Below, piece after piece: positions 12,601 to 27,600 of a stretch of 64,000 nucleotides of DNA (positions within the stretch are counted from its first letter, which is position 1; each line of letters starts with the position of its first letter). The DNA lies in NCBI GenBank assembly GCA_028534125.1, contig CM052818.1, positions 45,882,001 through 45,946,000 of the forward strand, read 5' to 3'. The translations under genes and the position numbers were made by a program. The notes beneath the pieces are model-generated. The model made no database searches and was not told the origin of the DNA. It worked only from the letters and a program-made list of their open reading frames with translations. This stretch comes from Lama glama (Eukaryota).

Positions 12601-15600
12601 CAAGACTCAATGTGTAATTCCAATTGGCTTGATTATAAATAAGCTCACCATCTTCTAATTCCAACAAATAACCTATCTGACTCTTATTACAGTCAACTCT
12701 TTTAAATTACACATGGCTTTTTTAAAAATCAGAAAAGAGCACTACTTCAGGCCAAATTAGAGATTTCATCATGTTTTTTATCCTGTGATTTCCAGGAGCA
12801 TCACATACCTTTTGCAGAATTTCTGCGTACTCAGCCAGTACAGGGAATTCTTGGTCATCAGTGACTGGCCCTTCTTCTTCAGGACTCCCTGGAGGCTATG
12901 TCCATGGAAACAAGTTCTATTAGAGTCCTCTTCAGTCCAGTTGAACTGAAAACTTGAAGGGCTTTTTTTTTCAACAGCTGGTGTTGAATCAACTAGTGCA
13001 CTAAATTGTTTTTGTAGATTCACCACCATTTCTGAAAATGAAGGAAAAAAGGAAAGGAATAAAATAAAAACCACAGTTAAAACACAAGTAAGGCCTGTAG
13101 CTCACCTGATAGTAATGTACCAAAGTTGGGTTCTTAGCGCTTTGACAAACGCACTGTAGGAACATAAGAACGTAACACTGGGGAAACTGAAACTGGATGA
13201 GGGGTGCTGAGGAGTTACTTAAAAAAGGTTAAAATGATAAATTTTATGTTATGTGTATTTTATGACAATTAAAAAAAAAAAGAATGAACAAGACAACCTA
13301 AAGGCAGCTCTCCAAATAGAGTTCTGGAAGTCGCAGATATACAGCATTTTAGATTTGGCGGGAACTTAAGTTCTGTTTTGAAAAATGCAATGTTCCTGAG
13401 ACAGATAGACTCCTATGGAGATTTCTTGCAGAGGAGGATGCTTCCTTGGATAGGCACTGGGACACCTGCTGAAGAAGTGCAGAAAGTACTTACGCATTTA
13501 CTTTTCAAGTCAAGATACTTAGTTTTTCTACAGCTGTGCTGCAACTTGGTGTTAACAAGAGGAAATGCAACTCACCTCTTCTTTTATGTACCACTGGCTT
13601 GTCAATGGCAGAGTGGTAGAGCGGCTTCTCACTTTTCCATATATACCTGCACAAGGTAGAAAAACATTTGGAGCGGGATGGAGAAGAAATGGACCTAAAC
13701 GCACTTCCGAGAAGTTTCTCTAAAGCAGTATCTGAAATTCCTGATACTCAGTGTAATAGCTCTGCCTTAAGATGACCTACTGACACATGTCTCTACAGGG
13801 CTTCTGGCCTTGAAGTAAGCAAGCAGCACTAAAGGAGACAGCAAGTCAAGAGAATGCTATGCCCCTCCCCAAAGCCTCCCAGATGCTGTAAGATCCACAG
13901 AAACGGTTCATCCCACAAAAAGGCAGAAACGGTTTCCTCCACTGTAAAATCTCCTTGCTGCCTATTCTCATAAAGGGAAGCCACCTAAGAAACAACTGTC
14001 CCTCCTTGCCCTTGACCAACTGTCCTTCTGCTGAGGATTAAGTCAGTAGTACTTCTGATTCTGACAACTTGTACAAAGTGGACAGGAAGGTGCCCGTGCT
14101 CTGATGCAGAGGTGTAATCACTTAATAAGCACTGGTTTTCCTGAAGATTATGTGTGAACTAAATCTTAATGAAGCATACCACATGTAAAATACTGAGAGC
14201 TTGTCATCTGTGATTCTTTCAAATATCTTTCTGTTATTTATTTTTATTAAATAAGAAAAGTAACAACATACTCAAGGTACAAAATCTCTAATAATAAAGT
14301 TCCCGAAACAGTTTAATCCCACTCGCTGGATAAATCCACTGTTAAAAATTCCTTGTGAATACCTAATCTAGGTAGATTTCCTTATACATTCAGAATAAAC
14401 ACCTATACAGTGGCAATTATGCTATAGCCAAGGAGGCATTATTAGTTCTTTGGGGTCATATGCCCAGAGGATGGGAAAGGTGGGCAATCTAAAATGACAG
14501 TACTCTAAGTGTTTAGATACCCCTTCTTTAAAATTTACTTTATTTTGTTTACCTGTTCCCAAAACTACAGAAGCTACAAAAGACAGAGGCCCACCACTAA
14601 ATCCTAATATCCTCTCCAGGACACCACAAAGTCCTGTATGCTTTGTTCAGCCTTCCTGTACAATTTGTCACCCCACTGTTAGAAATTAAGGTATAATTTA
14701 CATGTAGTAAAATGGACCCCATACAGTGTACAGATCTACTAGTTCTGATGAACACACATGGTTGTGTAACTACCACTGTGATTAATCCACAGAACAGTTC
14801 CACCCTCCAAAAATCTCATACCTTTTTAACAATCAAACCCTCCCCAAACCCCCAGCTAAACTTGATCTCAGACGACCACTGACCTGCTTTTCTGTCCCTA
14901 TAGTTTAGCCTCCAGAATGCCATGTAAATGAAATTATACCGTATGTAACCTTCTGAGTCTTTCATTTAGCATAATGTATTTACAAATTCATACATAGTGT
15001 TGGATGTATCAGAAGTTTGTTCCTTTTTATTGCTGAATAGTATTCCACTCTACAGATATGCTATAGTTTGTTTATCCATTTGCCAGCTGACGGGCATCTG
15101 GGTTATTGCCAGTTTTTGGCCACTGTGAATGAAGTATATATATCTGCATACATTCACCGATAGATTTTTGTGTGAACTTAAGTTTTCATTTCACTTGGGG
15201 AAATATCTAGGAGTGAAAAATTACTGGGTAGTATATTAAGTGTGTGTTTAAATTTATGAGAAACTAACAAACTTTCCAAAATAAATGTATCATTTTGCCA
15301 CATTTAGCATAGTCAGTTTTTTGTTTGTTTTTAGCCATTCTAGTTGGGGTGTAATGAAATCTCACTGTGGCTTTAATTTACATTTCTCTGCTAACTAATG
15401 ATGTTGAGCATCATTTCATGTGCCATCCATCCCATGTTATTTGGTGAAGTATCTGTTCAAATCTTTTGTCCATTTAAAAAACTGAGTTGTCTCTTTTCCT
15501 CTTGTATGAGAATTCTTTATATATTCTAGACACAAATCTTTTATCAGACATGTGTTTGCACATATTTTCCCCCAGCCTGTAGCTTCTCTTCTCTTAACAG

Positions 15601-18600
15601 TGTCTTTTGAAGAACAGAAATTCTTTCCTCTAATGAAGTCCAATTTATCTTTCTTTTTCTTTTATGGATCATGCTTTTGGTATCATATCTAAGAAATTTT
15701 TGACTAACCTAAAAGGTTGCAGAGATATTTCTGCACATGCTTTCAAATTTTTTTCCACGTTCTTCTCAACATCTTCACGACAACTGGGAGTCATCAAAGT
15801 AATCTCTTAAGCTATTTTACGTTTTCAACTACTGTTTTTTAGTGTTTCTCATAATCTCATGCATACGGACCTGAGCTTAGATACAGAAAATGTTTTAATA
15901 ACTTTCATCTGACAGTATGGAAGATGATGTCCAGATGAATAAAGAGAAAAATTGGAAATTTATGTCACCAATGAAGGCGGGATCGGGCAAAATAGGTAAT
16001 CAGCGTGCCCTGGGGCTCGGTGACCCAGCACCAGTCAGTAGTGACTTACATAAGTTACCTCCCTGAGCCCAAAGTACATGCTCTCTGAAGAAGGATCTTG
16101 GTAATAGATCCCCTGGACAAGCTCTTCCCTGAAGACTGGTGTCTGCCTGGAAAATGCCATTTTGAAACTGGATATACTTTCTTTGCTCACTAAATTCTCC
16201 CTTAAAGTAGCTAGAAGTCAGTAAGTCTTAGATGTGCAATTGATTGTAACACTGTGATATGAATTTAGGCTCTAGTAGCTATGTTTAAAGCGTAAGTTGG
16301 TACCCGGTTTAGGTTAATGGATGCCTATTCACCACTGAGATGCCCGAGTGGCACTGCTCCTGAAACCCCAGCCTTTCAGCATTGGTCAGGACAATCCCAG
16401 CTGGCACCAGAAAAGGACAGTCCAAAAGCTGACTCTCCACAACAACCTAAGAAAATAGAACAAACTGCTCTTGCTGCTACTCTTGTTCCCACTGAGATTC
16501 AATGACTAAAGACATTCCTTCCCCAACAAGGAAGAGGAAGGACCCAGTTTCCCAAGTGTCCACGGGATGTCAGAGTAAGTTCACCTCTCATCTCATCTCC
16601 TTCATCATTGTGTATCTAACCCGAACAGTAAGAAACTGTTAATCTCCCCAGTTTGGCAAGGATCCTCTCTCCCACAGTGCTTTATTCATTCCTGTAAGTC
16701 TATTTCTCTATTTAAAAGCATTCTTCAATTTAGAGGAAAAATAATCTATTTCTACCTGTGAAAAACGAAATTCAGCTCTTAGTTATGAGTAGAAAGCAGG
16801 TATTATTATCCCCATTTTATTGATGAGGAAACTGGAGCCGAATGAATTACCATTTTAACTAATTTGAGGAATCTTCATTTTTCTCAAGGGATATAATACT
16901 TGATCCAATGGGTACTATTGTAAATTTACATAAAATACAGAGGTAATAACTTTTTCTTCAAAGTCTCATAGAGATTGAAAGTTCTAAGAATAGATTAAAA
17001 ACCCATTCAAATCAGAGAGCTATAGTAACGTTTGCTATACAACATTAGGTAGAGTGTCTCTGAAAATTTATGAGCTAGTCAAATTTTCGTGCACTGAGGA
17101 TAAGAGGTTAAGTACTTTGCCCACGGTCATACAGCTAGCTGTAATACAATCCGGATTCAAACCCAGCACTGTCTGTCTCTAATGCTACGCTCCTTCCACT
17201 CTATGATGGACATACATCAGAGTAAGAGTTCAAAGTCAAACAATGAGACTAACTGAATTAAATATACTATGCTCTTCCTGATTTCCTTTGTTTTGATTTT
17301 TATAGGGATCTTTATTTGGGGGGGGGACATTTCAATTACATATGTCACAGGTTGACATCTTTGTAATATTGGGAAGCACAGAAGGGAAATGATCAACTCT
17401 GAGAAAGGGGAAGAGGGAGGAGTGTTAGAAATGCAGGTAAGATTCATGCAAATTATGAAAAGTTAATTACTTAAGTACAGTATGGTACCCTGGATTGGAT
17501 CCTGGATCAGAAGAAGAACATTAATAAAAAAGGACATTATTAGCTTAGTTAATAGTTAATAGTAATGTAAAAAAGAAAAAAGTTAATTAGGATGTATAGG
17601 CTAATATTTCTAGGAAAAAAAAGTCACAACACTGATGAAGCTAAACTGAGGAGAATTCAGCTTTCAAATGTAAAGTAACAGACTCAAAAATAAAGCACAT
17701 GAATCTAAAACTAGAAGAGATAACATACTTTGCCCTGGCTTCCTCCCATTTTTGTTTTTTCTCATCAATAGCTTTCTTCATAACTTGGTACCATTTTCTG
17801 AAATCAAACCATGGCTTATCTGAAAGAAATGAAATCCATTATTATTAACTAAATATGTCACATGATAATAATACACACTTGCTCATTTGAGTCTTCATTC
17901 ACTGTCATGACTAAACATCTATATACCAGCCCTTGAAAATTATGGATGGAGTCACTGTCTCCATGTTCTAATAGATTCCTGAGCAATCACCGTCACTCTC
18001 CTCTCTGACATCCCACCTGTACTGCGGCCCTAACCAGACTGTACCAGAACCATCTTTTTGCATGTCTGTTTCTCCTAGACTTGACTATTACCTCCCTGAG
18101 AACAGAAGACATATTTTGTTTGTGTAGATGACTATACAATCAGGCCTCTGCCCCGACACAACACCCAGCACAGTGCCTGGCAGGTGGTGCTCCCATATGT
18201 CTAAGAATATATGAATTAAGAACAAAAGATGGAAAAATGTGTGAAATGGCACTATAGTAGCTGAATCCAGACTTCCGGTTTTATCAGCTCTTATTTCTGT
18301 TCTTCCTAATCCTAGTTCAAATCCAGAGACTCCAGGGATAAATAAGAGAGGAGACTGCATTGGACAGGTGGTGTGTGGGTGTGTGTTCAAGAGTGTGTGT
18401 TGAGGTTAGAGAGACAACAGAACTGAACACAGTCAAGTATAAAACTTCATTCCTCACTCTTTTATTCAATCCATATGGGGCAAAGGGAAGAGGAGGGAGG
18501 AAAAAAATGAAACTAAAGGTAAAGCAGAAAAGAGGCTTAGAGAGTGAGGGAGTTTGAAGAAAGGCAGGCTGACAGGAAGAAGATGGCTGAGTGAAAGGCT

Positions 18601-21600
18601 GAATTTTTCACATATTCTTTAATGAAGATAGTCTCCCTTCAATGTCTAGATAAAAATCTTTTCAATTGGCCAATACAATCCTAACTTGATCCAATATGGC
18701 CTTGAAGGCCATTCAGCCACAGAGGAGGGGCAACTACCAACAGAGCTGCAAGGAAGGAGGAAAATGATAATGATTAATAGAACACAAGGTTCTTTGACCT
18801 TAAGTGCATCACAACCTCTTAAACCTTAAGTTCCTGATCCATAACATGGAGAGCCAGGTGACAGGGGACAGCTGGGGAGCAGACAGAATGGGGAGACCAG
18901 TCCCTGCCCAGCTGACAGCAGAGGTTTATGTTGAGGATCACAGGGAAGATAATACATCAGAGCACTCTCTACTCTAAATGTCCACACAGTCTATGATGGC
19001 CCTTTAACACCGCGTGACACCTTGTTCAACCTTTCACTCTACGTAGGAGCCAATACAAAGCAATGTGCAGAAAGAAGTATTCTGCATATATTTTAGAAAC
19101 AACACACAAACTGTCACCATTAAATCCAAGTTCCCAAAACCAATGAACATATATGTAGAATCGTGAAAAAAAAAAGTCAAACTCATGGAAATAGACAGTA
19201 GAAAAGTGGCTGTCAGGGGCTGAGGGATGGGAGAAATAGGGAGCGGCTGGTAAAAGGGAACAAACTTTCAGCTGTAAGATGAATAAGCTCTGAGGATCTA
19301 ATGAAAAACATGTAAAACTGCCCACATGACTGTAGTGGATAGCACTGTACTGTATAACTGAAATTTGCTAAGAGAACTTAAATACGTCTCACTCGTACAA
19401 AAAGGTAAATCTGTGAGGTGATGAATGTGTTAATTGACTTGATGCGGAAAATCCTTTCACAACATCCATGTATATCAAATGATCACAATGTACACTTTAA
19501 ATATCTTACAATTTTATATGTCAATTATACCTCAAGAAAGCTGAAATTAAAAATAAAACAAACAATGAACATAAGTCCTAGTGAGATCATTAAGAAACTG
19601 GAACTGAGTGTAAGAATTCATGTATTTACCAAACTTTACTGAGCTGATCTTGGGCCAGTCAGTATGTTAGATCCTAAAGTTACATTAGGGGAAAAAAAGG
19701 TAAGAAAGACATGGTCTCTCCCTCCAGAAGCTTGCAATCTACCTATCTTCCTATTATTTATACAGTACTTATCGTATGTCAGCTATTCTAAGCATTTTAT
19801 AAATAGTGAAAATCTAATAGGAGTAGACATACTTAGTCCACTAGTTATAATCCAATGTTTTAAACAACTAATAAAAGTTTGCACAGGAGTGGCTGTGGCA
19901 GGAGTGATTAGGTCTGATTTAGGAAGAGGTGAGGTGGGGAGGAGGTGTGAAGAGACAGGAGAAGAGGGTATTTATGTTGCATCTTAAGGAATGAAGATGG
20001 ATTTGCCAGGGATAGAAGGGGTTGGAGGTAAGAAGAAAAGAATATTTTATGTAAAAGGACCAGTGTGAGCAAAGGCTGAAGGCATTAGAATAGATGGTAC
20101 AGTCACAAAACTGCCAATAAGTTCATGGTCTAGTATGGCCAGTGAGTGGAAGCTGGGAATAAAAAATTACACATAGTAGGAAGTCACTCAGGTTTTTTAG
20201 CAGCTTTGATACAGTTAGATAATTATATATATAAAAAATTCTGGTACAAAGTATAATTGGTATACATGTGTATATACATGTGTATGTTTTTCAAAGTTTC
20301 TTCCCTATATTTATTGTATCTTTTAATCCATCATTTACAATCACTTTGAATTTGATTGACAAAAAAATCAAGTACCTTCTTTGTTGTCTTCATTATATTT
20401 CTCAGCAATACTAGACAAAGACCTGGAGATACAAATAAGTAAATTTAGAAATCACTTATTTGAATACAGATAAATTTTGAATTCTTTGGAAAGAGAAGTA
20501 TAGGACAGTACTTGAAACTGATGCCAACTTTTAATGGAGAAGCAATCACTGAAACAGGCAAGAACACACTATAAACACTGTCACTCTCTGTTGGCATTTG
20601 AGAAGGGTGACATTTTAAGATTCCTTTACTTTCCAAAATAATCTTTGCAGACACACAATGCTGGGAGCCTAAAGGTATACAGATGAGGCGCTAAATGACT
20701 CTTTAGGATTTGTGTTCGATGACTTAAAACTCAGGAATCGGTAGAGCAATGGGAACACGTGTGTCTACCTAAAAATAGGGAAAAAACATGATCCAAACAA
20801 CTTACTAAGGGAGAATGAAACCTCTGACAAAGAGCCAAGTCAGAATATTACATAAGAAATAACTGCTGCTACTAGTCAATGCTCTACAACAACTGAGAGT
20901 CTCTATTTTCCACTGAGATAAAATACAGATTCTTTTACTCCAAATAATTAGGTAAAAACAATACAATTTTTCCCTCATAAAATTGACACGCACTTACCAT
21001 TCTAAGTTGTCATCCAATAAAAAGAGCAGTTTCAGTACTACTATAATGACAGCTACAGCTTGTACATCATATTTAACAGTTTCTGTCTTTTTAGCTACAG
21101 GATCAAATGTTAGAAAACCCACTTCTCCTATTCCAGTCACTTTTACCACTTGGCAGGTTAAGTCACGCATTTCATCTGTTGAAAAATAAAACAGTAAAAT
21201 GTGAGTTAAATTTTTTGGCTAACTGGACCATACTAATATGTATAGCCATAAAATAAGCTTTATCTTAAAACATGGTACTATGTGAGAACTCTGAGACACA
21301 CATTTTGTGAATAAAATAAACCAAAAAATAATATCTATATAGAAAAACTAAGGGTAGGCACATCCTCTCCTGTTTTGACTTCCCAAAACATCTACTATTT
21401 ATAGGACACATCTTGGCACCCAATGTACCACCACACATTGGTTTCTATTGCTTCATATGTGTTTCTTGTCTGTATTCTACAGCAATTTGCATTTACCTGA
21501 AACTAACTCCCTGTAAGACTAAGAGCTAGGAATGTACACTCATGCACTGGCTGGAAGCCCAGCTAGCATGCTGGAAGCCCCGATGTGCATCTAATTAGAT

Positions 21601-24600
21601 GTACAGCTTTCCCAAAGAAATTACATGCTCAGCATAGATGGCACCTACTATTCAAGGCTGAATAATGTAGGACTTGGAACCAGAAAACCTACAGCCTATA
21701 TACTTAGGCTTTCTAATCACTAGCTTTGTGACTCAGAATTAGAGTCACTTAACCTCAGTCTCTTCATTTGTAAAATGAGTTACGGTGAGGATGAACTGAG
21801 ATTAAATAAGATAATACAAGTGAATACATTTTGAAAACTCTAAATTACTAAGCAAATTTCTTTAGTCACTAATTTAAGTACCTAGGATGTACCATTTTCT
21901 ATTTTAATTAAATTCAAGTAGAATAGCTATTATTTATAAGAGCACAATAAATTGTAGTGAGTCTCCTACACACATTCAGTCACTATGTCCTATTGATTCT
22001 ATTCCCTTAATGTAGTATACTTTTATTTTATAAAAGTATATATAATTTATATATAATGTATATACTATCATATATACAGTATATATTATTATATACAGTG
22101 TTATATATCATATTATAGAATGGCATTTCTTTAAAAATGTCTTTTCTATTTATTTAAAATTAATATCTTGCACTGCTTCTTTTATACCAAAAGTACAGAG
22201 TAACAACAAAGCCAATGAAGAAATTATAAGGAAGGAAGCAGGGGCACAGAGAAGTACAGAGTCTTGATCTGAAGCCTTCTGTAGGAAGAACGCTAGCTCT
22301 GGGATGGGAAGACTGGGTTGAAGTATGTGGTCAGCCATCTACCAGCGAGGCGTCACCATGCCTGGCTATGTCTCATCTGTAAATGAGAGTACCCCCCTGC
22401 CCTCCCATCCCACCTTCACGAATGAGGTAATAAAGATGGAGGCACTCTGGAAACTTTACAAAGTTCCACACAAATTATATATATGATTGTGAAAGCAGCC
22501 AGAAATTCTCTCTGGCAGGTTTGTCAGTCCAAGTACAAAGGAAAGACCAAGAAATGTGTTTGGAGCTCGTTCAAAGCCATCAAAGTGGCAGTGCTTACTC
22601 AGCAAGGGTGTGTGTGACATGCCTGCTGAACCCTTTCTACCTAGCTCCAGAGATGACATTGTCATGCATAAAGGCACTGAGGAGGGGCATCTGTTGCCCT
22701 AGCATGCTTAAAACCACTTTTAGCTTTCTGGGAACCCTAAAAACTCTTTGCAAATCAATGTCACATTTTGGAATCTAAATCCTAAGGTACAGGGACTATC
22801 ACATCTTAGTTTGTAGATCTATTTTGTTTATCATTTCCTCCTCACTATCGAGTAATACAAACTCAATATAGGACATTTATAAGATACATAAAGGTAGAAG
22901 AAAAGAAAAAATGCATTACCGTAACTCAGAAATAGCACTCTAATATTTTGTTATATTTATTTCTAATATTTATTGAACATTTTCATTTTACATAATTATG
23001 ATTATATTGTATATAATTTTGTAGTTTGGCCTATTTCATTTTTTATTGTAACATAAACATTTTTCATGCTTTTATGTACTCTTCACAAACATGATCTTAA
23101 AAGCTGCATAATGTTCCTCTGAATATACATAATCCATTTACTTAACCATTATCTTTCTGTTAGATATTTAAGTTAAAGGAGGTCGATAATATTTATGTAT
23201 AATTTTTTTTATATTTCAAATTATTTCTAGAAAGTTTGTGAGAAGTTAAATTTCTCTATCCTGATTCTTTTTAATACTGTCTTTAAAAGGCACTTAAAAA
23301 TATCAGATGACAGTAGTGTCTCTCTGCACATTAGAATGGTTTTAGTTCATTTGTTGCTCTCAGAAGAGTTAGAGAAGAAATACTAGTAAATTACACACAC
23401 TGGCCAGAAAATCCTGCCACCCTCATCTCTGTTCAACAGCAACTACGTGAGCTTGATCCCTGCCATAACCCAGCCTGTGTCACTCACATCTTGGTAATTC
23501 CTTGTGTTTCTTCCATAACCTAGTATTCCCTCTAAAAGCTCAAGATGTTGGAATATATGAGAGAACACAGGAACTTTCCATATTTTGAAAGAACCATCAA
23601 AGAAATAAATAAAAAAAACAAAATCCAAAATAGTCATTCTGATCTACACAACATGACAAAATGTAGAAATCAGACTTTCCACATTCTGGAATCTTAATCA
23701 AATAGCTAGTGACTTCTGAAACCTCAACAAGAGACATACATGTCTTAGTGTAATAAATGATACATCTGAAAATTTTAAATTATTTTTCCTTTTTAAAAAA
23801 TACTTTAAATTACAGACTTAATATTTATATTTGTGTATATATGTTACTACATATTTGTGTTTATTTTTATAGTTAAAATATACTATACATACAGTTTTGT
23901 GTATTGCTTTTTTTCATATAACATGTCTTTTTTATTAAAACACATTCAATCACATTTTTTATATTGCTTAAGCAACAATATAGTCATACCACGTTTGTGT
24001 TTTCTGTTAAGAATAGAAGTCCTGAATTTCTCACATTTCTAGTTTGGCAGGAAATTCAGGAATGGATTCCATCGGCAGATTCCATTGGGGTTACCTGTGT
24101 CTCGGTAAACTGTGAACCAGGTCTAGTGAGGCTTTCTTCACATTTTGTGTTTCATCCTACCAGACTTTGATTTCCATTTGTTTTACAGACTGGAAATAGT
24201 ATTATATTTTAACCATTTTAAATGGTCTGAAATATTTTAAGAAAGGATGCTGAAATGAAGTTCCATGTTACTATGGACCCTGTCACAAAGCTTTAATAAC
24301 CTGTGATTTGAGAGGATTCTATACATTGTTCATTACAATTCTAGTGAGTAGAAGCTTCCTCACCATACACACCACACACTTACCAGGGAGATTGACTTCC
24401 ATCAAGTATTTCATACACAAGATGTTTGGATGAAGATAGCAGTCTTCAGTAATATCTGGAAAACGTGGCAAATCTAAAAATGTGGCAACTTCAATGACTT
24501 TTTTATAGATATCCTCATAGTTAGGCCAAGACTGAAATGAAAGAGAGAGTCAAGGTAGCAATTTTTGCAACATAAATTATTTTTTTAAATACTTTCTGAT

Positions 24601-27600
24601 TTTAAAAGTAGTATGTATTCATTGGATAAAATTTGGAACGTAAAGAAAAGCATTAAGGGGAAACACCCATAAATCCGAAATATCCTCACTGAGCAGTTTT
24701 AAACAGCAACGATGCTAAATTACCAGCCACTACAGTTCTGTCTCGCTCATAAAACTCTTACTGGCTTCATCCTGCCACTCACAAAAGAATCTGGGGACGG
24801 GGCAAAGCTGCAACCCAACTGCAGTTACACTGCTGTTGGACTCACTCCCTCTCATCCTTCTTTGCAGGCATCCCCTCACCAGTCCTCCAATTCACAGCTA
24901 ACAGTTCTGACTCACTGTTACATAATACTCACGTGCGTCTATGGGGGAGACAACACCAGGGTTTAAGCCTAATAGTTAAAGACATGCAATTCAACCTCCT
25001 ACTTCCCCGCATAATAGCACATAAGAGACTCACAGAATTTAGGAAAATCTATGAGCTAATACTAATAAATAAATTCTGTTCACTTTAAGATCACCCTTGT
25101 AGTTTAACAGGTAACATGCTATTTATACTTTTGCAACTTCTAAACATTCTTCATATTAATACTACATATAATTTTTCACTTACTCTCCCATTCACAGAAA
25201 AATATTAAATTTAGAGTCTAGTCTATGCAAGGTACTTCGGGAAATAAAAAGATGAATAAAACCATCTGTTCAAGGAGTTTATGATCTAGAAAGGGAGATA
25301 AGGTGTACAAAAATAATCCCAGTATAAGACAGAAGGTTATCGAGGGCCACAAGCAAGATTTTTTTTTAAAGGCTTATGAAACTTCAGAAAAACTCACATT
25401 TCCAATATGGTTAAGACCCCATTAAAATTGGGCCTGCATATAAATATCTTGCAAACCTGTTTGGCAGTATTTATTAAAGTTGAGCACGTACACATCCTAT
25501 GACAAAGCAATTCTAGCCCCATATGCCTCATGGAAATGTGTGTGCATGTCTACGAAGAGACATGCACTAGAATGTTCACAACAACACTATCTGTAAAAGC
25601 CCCAAGCTAGAAACTATCCAAATGCCATCAACAATAGACTTGATAGAGTAAATATCAAGTAAATTTTGATACAGTCTCACAGTGGAACACTATACAGCAA
25701 AGAAATGAATGTTCTACATGCGACAATATGAATGAATCTTCCAAACATAACACTAGCAGAAGCCAGATGCAAAAGAGAATGATTCCACATATTTAAACTA
25801 CAAAAGTCAGCAATTCAGCACCCAGCTTCTATGCAGTTAGAAGTCAGGAGAGTGACTACTCTTGGGTGGGCGAGGTAAGGACTGGAAGTGAGCACAAGGG
25901 TGCAGCTTCTGGGGTGCTAGCAATGTTGTTTCTTGATCCAGGGGTGATTCAGGTTATAAAAATTCATCAGCTTTTGTTCATTTGTGATTTGTTCACTTTC
26001 CTGTATGTCTAGTTTACCTCAATAAAACAAGTTTTTAAGTGATAAGAAAGGAAAGAATATCAGTTGAGTCAACTATTTTGTATAACAGAATCACTTCATA
26101 CATCACCTTGTAGGAGAAATAATCTAGTTAGCAAATTCAGAGTTGGAAAGACCCTTAGAAGTATATGGTCTAACTTTACAAAATCTCCAGCACATAGATG
26201 TCTAACCCATCTTGTAAATCTCCAATGAAGGGAACTCAATACCTTCCCTGAAGGGAGTCTATTCCACTTCTAATGGGTTTAATCATTAAAAAGTTCTTTC
26301 TTATTCTAAGTGAAAATCTGCTTCCCAATTTGAGCCAATAACACCATAAGTCATGTCTTGCCAGCTTCTAAATGTGTGAAGCTGTTTGGGAGCTAACTGA
26401 AGGAATGAATATTTCTCTGTTAAATTTTACTTTGGTACATTCAGCTCATATGCGATTATAAAGCATAAGGAAATACTTTATAATGGTACAGGAGTATGCT
26501 CATAGAAATCTGTCAATTTCTAGAATTTACAACTATGCTTGATTTTACTTTGTGTGAAGTTACAGTCTTCATGGTATTATGTTTATTTTGATACCACTAT
26601 TTCAATGTCTAAACTCTTGAGTTTTATTAGAAAAAAAGGTTTTCAGCTCATTATCATTAACACATGATTAACCTGTAGCTGAAGAATACAAAGTAAATTT
26701 CAACCCAAAGTAGCAATGAGGCCTTTTAAGTCTTTTTGTTAAATATTGAGACGGAGTAATTCTACTTGTATACTAAAGTACTATTAATTGTATTCTACTC
26801 TGTGAATGTAAAAGAGAAAAAAGGAAAGCATAAATTCTCAGTGACCTTTGGGAAAAGCTGTCTTTTTTCTTTATAAAATAAATTCAGTTAGACCTCTGCT
26901 GCATTTTGCACAGATTTTGAAGCATCTTTTCAAGTTAAAATAATTTTAACATTACTGACAAGATTTATGGCAACCTTAGTCCTTTTAAATAATACCAGTA
27001 GGAGATGAAATTAAGTATTTTAATCTGCAAACAAACACTAGAGGAGTGAATATTCCCCTTTGAAAAATAATCATCTCAAAAAAACAATTTTAATGGATGA
27101 TAAGTTCATGCCAAGTAACTGTAAGGTCATTAATGAAAAGGAGTCTAGTGAGCTAAAACGATTTAATATAATTTCAAAACATCCACACTGGCATCCACTA
27201 CTTTCTGCCTCCAACATCACTTGAAGTGGTGGCCCTACAGGGCTTGGCCATGGACTACCCTCCCTATACGATGGCTCCCATTTCAACTGAGCAAGGCCAC
27301 TCTGGGGGGCCTGCACCACTAGCTCAACAAAGCATCTGACCCTGGGGAGAAGGCTGGGAGTACACTGTTTTAGAGAATATGGTCAGTGTCACATTTTTGT
27401 TTCTGTCATATTGTCCATAGCCCAGAGAGGGGATTCAGGTTCTAATGTGGACAAGACTCTAAACCATAGATAACTATCATATAATAATTACAGTAAACAT
27501 TTAATGACTATGTTAGAATAGTCTTATTCTGACTTTTAGAAAATGCATTCATGTAAGGAACACCCCCAAGAAAAGGGTCTCATAGAAGCTGCTGGATATT

